From Flectonema sp. DT1601 (taxonomy: Eukaryota): 64,000 bases of DNA. Positions within the stretch are counted from its first letter, which is position 1. Every line of letters begins with the position of its first letter. Under the pieces are notes generated by a model. The model saw only the letters and a program-made list of their open reading frames with translations. It ran no database searches and was not told where the DNA came from. The position numbers and the translations under genes were made by a program. The stretch lies in the NCBI GenBank assembly GCA_964019425.1, contig OZ025784.1:1364001-1428000 (forward strand), read 5' to 3'. Shown piece by piece: positions 1 to 9,463 of this stretch.

Positions 1-45
1 AGGGATTATCCCAGACTTGTCCTTTAATTTAGTTGGACACCATGG
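1..45 (+). repeat. Segment C, inverted match to 4248..4292 (probably extends upstream of the window)
   Basis: agggattatcccagacttgtcctttaatttagttggacaccatgg equals the reverse complement of 4248..4292 with 2 mismatches. Confidence 0.9.
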
Positions 46-335
46 CTTACAACCCTTCCAGAGGGAAGCACCATTATGACTTCTATTTTTTTTCTTCAAG
101 AAAATCATAAGGTGGGAACAAAGAAAAATGCTAAGAGGAACCCCTTATTAACACCTAAGACATCTAAACTGCAGCCCAGCTTATGCCCAATGCACTAACA
201 GGTCATTCCCTCACACTCAGATCAAAAAAATCAAAGTTCAGAGTGCATCTTAGCGTGAATGAGAGAATTTCCTCCCGCTTATTTTGAACAAAAGGGATAG
301 GAGAAGGGATAGAAAACGAACATAACAATAAGATT

Positions 336-491
336 CTAAGTGAGAAACACTTAGCAGAAACACTTAGCAGCTTTTAAGGAGCTGAAAAGCAAAAAAAAAA
401 TCTAAGTGAGAAACACTTAGTAGAAACAATTTGTAGCTAATTAAGCTGAAAATAAAAAAATAAAAAAAATTTCTAAGTGAGAAATACTTAG
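336..491 (+). repeat. ~68-bp tandem repeat (about 2.3 copies), each starting with hairpin CTAAGTG-AGAAA-CACTTAG
   Basis: Hairpin at 336..354, 402..420 and 473..491 (third copy has a G.U pair). A second CAGCT/AGCTG hairpin and an A-run follow in copies 1 and 2. Confidence 0.85.
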
Positions 492-571
492 CAACTTTTA
501 GAACAAATATTTCAGTAAATAACCCGCAATGATCAAACCATTACAAGTTTGATGCCAAAACTGACAAGGAC

Positions 572-1118
572 TGAGTTGAATTTCCAGGTGAGATTTGGAC
601 TGTTAGCTTTTGGCTAAGGCCCTCCCTGAAGAGCAAGAACAAAAAAACTACTCACACCTGAAGAAAACATACACAAAGAACACACTGTAAGCTGTGTGTG
701 TATTTTGTGTTTGTCACAACAGGAGAGAAAAGAAAGAATGTCAAGGTTGGTCACCTTGCCTATCAACGCACAACATTGGTGGTCTCTACTAGACCCTGAG
801 TGATCCCACTGGATCTCTCATCGTTCATAGTACCCTGTGTGAAGTTATAAAATCAAAGGTAAACTATGAACTACAAATGACTTAGCCTGTTATTATAATG
901 CCACAGGCAGGCCCTGCATTCAGCAACTATCCAGCAGTGCTTGGATGTCCTGATCTTCTTCTAAAAAAAAGAAAGAAAAACAAAACTGTAGCTGGGATCA
1001 CTCAGGATCAACAGACTACCAATGCTACCTGTTGTACTTGCTCACTATGGGGGGTGATGCCAAACACCCAGAAGTACTTAACTGCTTTCCTTCTTGCTGC
1101 CCAGGAGTTTCTGACCAG
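572..1118 (+). repeat. Left arm of a 547-bp inverted repeat (segment A)
   Basis: Reverse complement of 4563..5109; I found about 3 mismatches. The ORF-track entries 898..1161(+) and 4547..4783(-) translate near-identically. Confidence 0.95.
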
Positions 1119-1698
1119 GTGTATTCTCTTTAACGGAGATAACGTGACTCTCTTGTCGTAAAAACTTGGTCGGCGTGCGGTCGAGAGCTTCACTCTGCGG
1201 CATTGTCGGAGGAATTGAGGCTAGAGGACAAAGAGGGGTGATATAATTAAGGGTAGGGATAAGGGGTTTAATAAGAGGAGTAAAAAGACTACTCGTAGTT
1301 GTAAAGAGCGAGAGGTAGTTCTTTGCTATCTTCATCATAGCAACAGATTCATACAGAACGGGGGTTCGGGGGGAAACTTGTTGACTAAAGTGGGTCATAC
1401 GGGGACGCGCGGCACGCAAACTCTCGACCTCCTGTTGAGTATAGAAAAGTCTTATTTTACTTTCTCTTTCCTCATTACATTTGGTCTCCAATTCGTTCGA
1501 CAGAAGAACAAACCTTTGATGGTAATTAAAGAGCGCCATTTCCGATAGGTCTGCTCTCTGAGTCAGATTTGCGAGCTCACGTTTCCTGTAATCTTCCACT
1601 AAGTCATTGGTTCATCTCAGGTTTTAGAAGTCTTCGTCCTGTTCGTTGGGAAGGGCCTGAATCAAAAGTTCACTGCCCCTATTCCTCTCCCAAATTTC
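1119..1698 (-). pseudogene. Degenerate coiled-coil ORF fragment, possibly gag/ORF1-like from a mobile element
   Basis: The frame of ORF 1078..1599 extends upstream as EIWERNRGSELLIQALPNEQDEDF*NLR*TNDLVEDYRKRE, with in-frame TAA and TGA. A second copy of 1606..1698 lies at 6187..6279. Family assignment is a guess. Confidence 0.4.
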
Positions 1699-1708
1699 TT
1701 ATTTTTCC

Positions 1709-3989
1709 GAAAACTTTTTGTGTGGAGCTTGCCATTTTTTAAACTTTGTGTGGAGCTTGCCGTTTTTTAAACTTTGTGTGGAGCTTGCCGTTTTTTAAAC
1801 TTTGTGTGGAGCTTGCCGTTTTTTAAAACTTTTTATGTGGAGCTGGTTTTTTTGTGTGGAGCTTGCCGTTTTTGAAAACTTTGTGTGTGGAGTTGTTTTT
1901 TGAAAACTTTTTATGTGGAGCTGGTTTTTTTTGTGTGGAGCTTGCCGTTTTTGAAAACTTTGTGTGGAGCTTGCTGTTTTTTAAAACTTTGCGTGTGGAG
2001 CTTGCTGTTTTTGAAAACTTTTTGTGTGGAGCTTGCCGTTTTTGAAAACTTTTTGTGTGGAGTTGGTTTTTGAAAACTTTGTGTGTGGAGCTTGCTGTTT
2101 TTGAAAACTTTTTGTGTGGAGCTTGCCGTTTTTTAAACTTTGTGTGGAGCTTGCCGTTTTTGAAAACTTTTTATGTGGAGCTGGTTTTTTTTGTGTGGAG
2201 CTTGCCGTTTTTGAAAACTTTTTGTGTGGAGTTGGTTTTTGAAAACTTTGTGTGTGGAGCTTGCTGTTTTTGAAAACTTTTTGTGTGGAGCTTGCCGTTT
2301 TTTAAACTTTGTGTGGAGCTTGCCGTTTTTGAAAACTTTTTATGTGGAGCTGGTTTTTTTTGTGTGGAGCTTGCCGTTTTTGAAAACTTTGTGTGTGGAG
2401 TTGGTTTTTTGAAAACTTTGTGTGGAGCTTGCTGTTTTTTAAAACTTTTTGTGTGGAGCTTGCCGTTTTTTAAACTTTGTGTGGAGCTTGCCGTTTTTTA
2501 AACTTTGTGTGGAGCTTGCCGTTTTTTAAACTTTGTGTGGAGCTTGCCGTTTTTGAAAACTTTGTGTGTGGAGTTGTTTTTTGAAAACTTTTTATGTGGA
2601 GCTGGTTTTTTTTGTGTGGAGCTTGCCGTTTTTGAAAACTTTGTGTGTGGAGTTGGTTTTTTGAAAACTTTGTGTGGAGCTTGCTGTTTTTTAAAACTTT
2701 GCGTGTGGAGCTTGCTGTTTTTGAAAACTTTTTGTGTGGAGCTTGCCGTTTTTTAAAACTTTTTGTGTGGAGCTTGCCGTTTTTGAAAACTTTGTGTGTG
2801 GAGCTTGCCATTTTTGAAAACTTCTCGTGTGGAGCTTGCTGTTCTTGAAAACTTTTTGTGTGGAGCTTGCCGTTTTTTAAAACTTTGTGTGTGGAGCTTG
2901 CCGTTTTTGAAAACTTTTTGTGAAGAGCTGGTTTTTTTTGTGTGGAGCTTGCCGTTTTTGAAAACTTTTTGTGTGGAGTTGGTTTTTGAAAACTTTGTGT
3001 GTGGAGCTTGCTGTTTTTGAAAACTTTTTGTGTGGAGCTTGCCGTTTTTTAAACTTTGTGTGGAGCTTGCCGTTTTTTAAAACTTTTTATGTGGAGCTGG
3101 TTTTTTTGTGTGGAGCTTGCCGTTTTTGAAAACTTTATGTGTGGAGTTGGTTTTTGAAAACTTTGTGTGGAGCTTGCTGTTTTTTAAAACTTTTTGTGTG
3201 GAGTTGGTTTTTGAAAACTTTGTGTGTGGAGCTTGCTGTTTTTGAAAACTTTTTGTGTGGAGCTTGCCGTTTTTTAAACTTTGTGTGGAGCTTGCCGTTT
3301 TTTAAAACTTTTTATGTGGAGCTGGTTTTTTTTGTGTGGAGCTTGTCGTTTTTGAAAACTTTGTGTGTGGAGTTGGTTTTTTGAAAACTTTGTGTGGAGC
3401 TTGCTGTTTTTTAAAACTTTTTGTGTGGAGCTTGCCGTTTTCTAAACTTTGTGTGGAGCTTGTCGTTTTTTAAACTTTGTGTGGAGCTTGCCGTTTTTTA
3501 AAACTTTTTATGTGGAGCTGGTTTTTTTTGTGTGGAGCTTGCCGTTTTTGAAAACTTTATGTGTGGAGTTGGTTTTTGAAAACTTTGTGTGGAGCTTGCT
3601 GTTTTTTAAAACTTTTTGTGTGGAGCTGGTTTTTTTTGTGTGGAGCTTGCCGTTTTTTAAAACTTTTTATGTGGAGCTGGTTTTTTTTGTGTGGAGCTTG
3701 CCGTTTTTGAAAACTTTGTGTGTGGAGTTGGTTTTTTGAAAACTTTGTGTGGAGCTTGCTGTTTTTTAAAACTTTTTGTGGAGCAGGTTTTTGAAAACTT
3801 TTTGTGTGGAGCTTGCCGTTTTTTAAAACTTTGTGTGTGGAGCTTGCTGTTTTTGAAAACTTTTTGTGTGGAGCTTGCCGTTTTTTAAACTTTGTGTGGA
3901 GCTTGCCGTTTTTTAAAACTTTTTGTGTGGAGCTGGTTTTTGAAAATTTTGTGTGGAGCTTGCCGTTTTTGAAAACTTTTTGTGTGGAG
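1709..3989. repeat. Minisatellite, roughly 75-80 variant units of ~21-33 bp (consensus GTGTGGAGCTTGCCGTTTTTGAAAACTTT), with higher-order blocks
   Basis: Continuous GTGGAG-anchored units with no unique spacers. A 169-bp higher-order period is visible (ORFs at 2055 and 2224 translate identically for over 50 aa). Confidence 0.97.
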
Positions 3990-4166
3990 GTTTCACGAAT
4001 TTTCACAAATTTTCACGATGCTTCACAGTTTGTCACGAGTTTTCACTACCTCTCACGAAAATTCACGAAAATTCACTGCCAAAAACATGGTGAAAAATAG
4101 TGAATTTTCGTGAATTTTGATATTGAGATTTATGATTTGGTAAAAAAGTTACTCAGGGGCGGCCTG
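3990..4166 (-). mobile_element. Putative DNA-transposon terminus with subterminal TCACGA repeats and a 20-bp palindrome
   Basis: The minus strand begins CAGGCCGCCCCTGAG at 4166. There are many TTCAC(G)A motifs at ~11-bp spacing and a perfect inverted repeat AAAATTCACGAAAATTCACT at 4058..4077 / 4099..4118. No matching second TIR is seen. Confidence 0.45.
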
Positions 4167-4247
4167 AACTGCATTGCTTCGTAGTTGTCATCGGTGCTTG
4201 TTAATCCTATCGTTCTCTACAGTTTATTGTGGTAATGCAATCTAGTT

Positions 4248-5109
4248 CCATGGTGTCCAACTAGATTAAAGGACAAGTCTAGGATAATCCCTGCCAGAGG
4301 GGCGAGTATTCTACCATGGTTGAAATACTCTGGCAACTGATCTTCAATTTTATGTTGTTTGTTAGCTGCTGGTGTATCTTGATCATGTGTTGATCTTGCA
4401 TTTTTTTTTATTTGTAATCTTTCACTACAATCATTCTTGCCTATATCTTTTATTTTTATTCTCTATCTGTTCTGGTCTGTTACCTCATTTGTCTTGATTA
4501 ACTTCAGTTATATCCATTTTACTTTTTATTATTTCCCATCTACTTTTTATTTTCTATTAGTTCTGGTCAGAAACTCCTGGGCAGCAAGAAGGAAAGTAGT
4601 TAAGTACTTCTGGGTGTTTGGCATCACCCCCCATAGTGAGCAAGTACAACAGGTAGCATTGGTAGTCTGTTGATCCTGAGTGATCCCAGCTACAGTTTTG
4701 TTTTTCTTTCTTTTTTTTAGAAGAAGATCAGGACATCCAAGCACTGCTGGATAGTTGCTGAATGCAGGGCCTGCCTGTGGCATTATAATAACAGGCTAAG
4801 TCATTTGTAGTTCATAGTTTACCTTTGATTTTATAACTTCACACAGGGTACTATGAACGATGAGAGATCCAGTGGGATCACTCAGGGTCTAGTAGAGACC
4901 ACCAATGTTGTGCGTTGATAGGCAAGGTGACCAACCTTGACATTCTTTCTTTTCTCTCCTGTTGTGACAAACACAAAATACACACACAGCTTACAGTGTG
5001 TTCTTTGTGTATGTTTTCTTCAGGTGTGAGTAGTTTTTCTGTTCTTGCTCTTCAGGGAGGGCCTTAGCCAAAAGCTAACAGTCCAAATCTCACCTGGTAA
5101 TTCAACTCA
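4248..5109 (-). repeat. Inverted copy of the repeat unit, order A (5109..4563), B (4562..4293), C (4292..4248)
   Basis: A matches 572..1118 and C matches 1..45. B has no match inside the window. Confidence 0.9.
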
Positions 5110-5991
5110 CATGGCTCTAACGGTGTAACTACGCGATTCCTTGCCAGCAGAGATCTTGCTGTATGTGACTAGCAGATCAAAGCTGTTAGATGTATTGGGT
5201 GGTATGGGACTAGAAGTTGAAGATGACTTGGAGGTTAGGGCTCGTGTTGCTGGCACGGATGGCATGCTGATCTGGTGCGATGAGAAGATTGGTGAGGTTG
5301 ACGGTGTATCGAGTTAGTTGGTGTTGTGTTGTTTAAAACAAAAAAAAAAAAAACGCCAGGAAGTCCAACAACGAAGACATCGACATCGATCGCTGCTCTG
5401 CAGATGTCCGGCGGGTGTTCGTCTACACTGTGTTATTGTTTGTTTTTATCCCGAAGTTCAACCTTGGGAAGAGAAGTAAAAAATTCCGTCAATGTTGGCC
5501 TTCCTGTTCGAAGGTGCGCACCAATGACGATAAATAGAGTGGGGGGAGAAAACCTTTGATCCAACTGGATCCCTTCACGAGCTGACATTGCCATGTGAAG
5601 TTAAATGTTCTGGCGATGCCAGCTCAGGCGACTTAGCCTGCTTTTTTCTTTAAATAAAAAAAATAAAAAGATACCAACAGATAGGGTGATGGGTTGCGCC
5701 ACTGCAATCCAGTCAAAAAAAGAAACAAAGGTAATCTCAAGGGTTCTCGACCCTTGGCTCTCCCTGCGCAAGCATCGCATGGAGGGTGACGCTAAGCACC
5801 CGGGGGGTACGAAACAAACTTTCCCCCTGCTGTCCTGGTTGAAATAAAACAAAAGAAAAAAAACAAAAGGATAGAAGTAAACAGAATACATTACCCAGCG
5901 ATCGAACTTGTTCACTTGCTTCACCAAAGCTGTTCGAGCCTATGCTTATGTAAAGTACCTGTTTAAAAAAATAAATAAATAAATAATTAAG

Positions 5992-6432
5992 TAAATAATT
6001 AAAAATACAACACTGTTTTAAAAGAAAAAAAGTTTAAGTTTTGGACATTAGAAAAAACAAGGACGAAAAAAGTTAATTAAATAAATAATAAGTTAATTAA
6101 AAATAACCTGTTGAAGAGTAGTTGTTAAATTCAATGATGAAACCATTACAGGTTTTGATGCCAAGGCTGACAATATACTGAGTTGAGGAAGTTGGGAGAG
6201 GAATATGGGCAGTGAACTTTTGATTCATGCCCTTCCCGTCGGACAGGACGAAGACTTCTAAAACCTAAGATGAACCAATTGAGTTGAAACAAACAAATAA
6301 CAGAGACGCATAAATAATTAAAAATACAACACTGTTTTAAAGAAAAAAGAGTTTAAGTTTCGGACATTAGAAAAAACAAGGACGAAAAAAATAATTAAAT
6401 AAATAATTAAAAATAACCTGTTGAAGAGTAGT
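5992..6432. repeat. ~125-bp direct duplication (5992..6122 and 6311..6432) flanking a 188-bp composite insert
   Basis: Both copies run taaataattaaaaatacaacactg...aataacctgttgaagagtagt. The insert holds copies of 527..579 (direct) and 1606..1698 (inverted). Confidence 0.9.
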
Positions 6433-6764
6433 AAAGTAGTAATCTTCCCACCTTCGCGAGTTTCTCCGGTGTTATTAGATGATCTTGGATCAGGTATTGG
6501 TATTCTAGGGAACGTGAACCGCTTCTTGGACACAAGTCACCCAGCAGACTTTCCAAATGAGAACGGGAAGCGCACGTGATTTCGAAAAGGTGGGAAGTAA
6601 CGGACTGGGAGCTTTTGGCTCCTGCCCTATTCCCGAGGTAAACTTCTCGCAATACCAGATGAAGAGACAAACGATGTAAACAGAAGATGCTTGTTTGACA
6701 CTCCAAAACGTCAAGCAGACAAGAAAGCCATGGCGATAATTTCTTTTTTAGTCTAAACCCCAAT

Positions 6765-6950
6765 CTGAGTTCCCAAGGCTCAGCTATGGTCCATTAATCA
6801 CTTGCCGCTCTATGGCATGTTGATGCCATAGAGCGGTGAGGGGACTTTCAACAGCGACGAAGGCCATAAACACACTGACAACAGTGTAAAGACTGCGGTT
6901 TATGGATTCCCTCAGGCGGATGGGAAATTAACAACAACAAGAGAAGTCCC
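6765..6950. other. Highly structured element (perfect 14-bp hairpin plus multibranch fold)
   Basis: ccgctctatggcat-gttg-atgccatagagcgg at 6805..6836. gggactt/aagtccc (6841/6950) closes ccataaac/gtttatgg, acactg/cagtgt and ttccc/gggaa. There is also a ctgag/ctcag hairpin at 6765..6783. Confidence 0.6.
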
Positions 6951-7146
6951 ACAGTAAGACTTTATGAATGTTAGCCAAACACATCTTCTCTCTCGCTTCT
7001 GTTTGTTATGACTAACAACAGAAGGAACAAATGATTGACAGGGCCGTGGCCAAAAGTCACTAGTCCATATGTCATTCAAACCGACTTTACATTCGGATAA
7101 ATATCGCAATCTATTTTCACAAAGGATACCAACACCATAAAACAAG

Positions 7147-8529
7147 ATGTCCGCCTCATCAACCAGTGTTCAGCCTGCTGTGAAAGAACCAAGGGACGAA
7201 CAAATTTTAGAATGGATATCTGAGGCCAAAGAAGCTGTTGCTGCGAAGGAAAACGAAATTAAGCAACTTGCCATTGATATGAAGGTTGATGCCGGCTTAC
7301 TTCAGATTCGACTGGGAAATATAACCGAATTATCAGAGAATGAACAGCTTGCAATGCTGAAGTTCACCGAGTTACAAGAACTGAAGACTAAGAAGAAAAG
7401 ACTTTATGAGATGTTGAAGCCTACCGAGGTATGCTATTTACTTTTTCCTTTAACGCATTTGCAGTAAACCTGCCTGAACGGTCCGACCTTTTTTTGTATT
7501 GGTCACAGTACAGCCCTTCAGATTGATTGTTCTTACATGTAAGCAGTCGAGTGGTTAGAGTGAAACCTTTGATAACTGATGCTCAAGTATGTCCACGCAC
7601 AAATTACAGAATAACAGACTGTTTGAAGCAATCAAGAAGCTAGGGGATAAATTAGACATTGTCACGGATAAATTAGACATTGTCACGGATAAATTAGACA
7701 TTATCATAATGAGAAGTGAAAAAGAAGAAGAGGCTCTTATTGAAGGCTTCTTTACAGAGACGGTGGGTGCAGATAATGTTAGTGACGTTTATAGCGTGAT
7801 CAGTAACACCGAGAATAAAAAGTACATCCGTGAGATGTTGGGGGAGGTGTGTATGGTGTGTGGAGAAATAACGAAAAATATTGCACATACTTCCCAAGAT
7901 CGCATACTGTCGTCAGATAAATGTCAGCTGGTTTCACTATGGTACTAGTGATTTGTCAAATTGGCTTATACTCTGTGGGACAAAGGGAGCGGAAGGCACC
8001 TGTCATCATGCTTTTGACACATTCAAGATGGGGTTCTGGAATAACAGCAACAGATGGCAAGTTGTAGGTGGTAAACATGATGGGAAACCAGTTGAGCTTA
8101 AGTCTAATCCTCATAAGGTTGTTCTTCAGGCACACTTAAGGCTAATGAGGGAAGGACACACCAAAATGAATACCGATGTGGTCAAATGGTGTCAGAATGT
8201 TGATGCCCGCACACCATTCAACACTAAGCTAGGGGACCATAACATTGTGGTGTGTGAGAAATGCGGCCTTCCAGGACATGTTATTGATATGTGCACGATG
8301 ATCACTTATGGTTGCCAAGAACAGAGGGCACGCCATAGAAAGCAAATGTGACGACTGTGGTATAGTAAGATTTACATATGTGAAGTCTACAAGTGAAGCT
8401 TCGCGAGCAAAAAGGGTTGGCGATATCCGGAAACTAATCACAAGTGTGTTTCCAAACACCGAACTTCATCTCCCAGTCTTAACATCAAATGAAATCGAGA
8501 AGGCATCGTTTCCCAGGACCAGGTACTAA
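7147..8529 (+). pseudogene. Coiled-coil + HNH endonuclease (HNH_2/Crinkler-effector type) + CCHC zinc knuckle(s); frameshifted
   Basis: Exon 7147..7428, GT-AG intron 7429..7609, then DKLDIVT heptads. Motifs: CMVCG...IA-HILPK (frameshift ~7885), NWLILCGTKGAEGTCHHAFD and CEKCGLPGHVIDMC. A second knuckle CQEQ-GHAIESKC is broken by another frameshift at ~8324. Confidence 0.75.
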
Positions 8530-9463
8530 ATTAGAAGAGCGCATAGGACATCTTAACCAAACCTAAGAGTTGGATGGATGAAGCAGCCATGATGCACTAT
8601 TCGAGATACTCGGCGGCGGAACAGCAATGTGGTGATGATAAAAAGTGTTTGCGGAGGGAAGAAACACGAAGCAGATTATGCGTTAATAAAGAATAATGTT
8701 GGTACGTACCTTTAGTGGTATTCCCATGAAAGGAAATAAGTTGTGGAAAATATGAATCTTGCCTACATACACATTTATATTGATGTATATATTTGTTACC
8801 TTCTTGTTTAGTTTTATTCTGTACATCCCCGTTTACTCTTCAGTTTTTCACTACTTTTAAGTGTGGTATTGGTTAGTGGGTTTGTTCACTTTCTCATCCC
8901 TCAACTCCCGATGCTACCTGTTATGTTTTGTTACTATTTACATTTATTTTTCCTTCACGCAGGCATACACAACTATAGATAAGGTGGGGCAAGATGAATC
9001 AAAAGCGATCTCGAGGTCTGTGAGAATGTATCTTGAGCCTGACTTGCAGTGCACGTAGTTTCTGCTGATCTACAAAGATCTACGCAGCCACTTTGTAAAA
9101 GTAGACTCAGAAAATGCGGCTTTAAAAAAACTGCCTCTCTCTTCTACTCACTTGGCACTAGAACACTGTGGTACAGATTATATTCCTCTCCAAATAGGAC
9201 TTAGCTTCTGCTTGTTGTGTAGCAACCTGACTCAGTCTTTCCTTCTACTAACGACTGTCCTAAGACGTTATTCTCATGTACAAGTCGCTAGAGTTGACTG
9301 GTTCTCCATCACCGATGTCTGAAAGTTATTCAGAATCATGTCTCTCCCGGGGTTCTGTTTGAGCAAATGAGCTCAGAACCTAGCGATGGCCGACACCATT
9401 CATTTCGATAAATGTTCATCTTGACTCATACTTCATTCTACAGTAGCACGCCAACAACAAAAC

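Noticed and set aside
898..1161. Duplicated 78-87 aa ORF in the inverted-repeat arms
   Set aside because: No recognisable motif; identity simply reflects the DNA repeat, and the ends differ at the repeat boundary.
1709..3989. CRISPR-like or guide array; many overlapping ORFs
   Set aside because: No unique spacers: variation is only T-run length and a few point variants. The ORFs are translations of the repeat.
6750..6900. RNase MRP-like motifs on the - strand (GAAAGTCCCC ... AGATTGGGGTTTA) or an HDV-like ribozyme using gggactt/aagtccc as P1
   Set aside because: No P3 adjacent to CR-I, no GARAR P8 loop, and CR-I is sequestered by a competing stem. The HDV P1.1 GG is absent. A cmscan hit to the Rfam RNase MRP or HDV models would be needed to reconsider.
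7875..7895. Programmed frameshift in the HNH gene
   Set aside because: No slippery heptamer. It looks like a 2-nt loss in a CA repeat, and further lesions downstream favour a pseudogene or sequence error.
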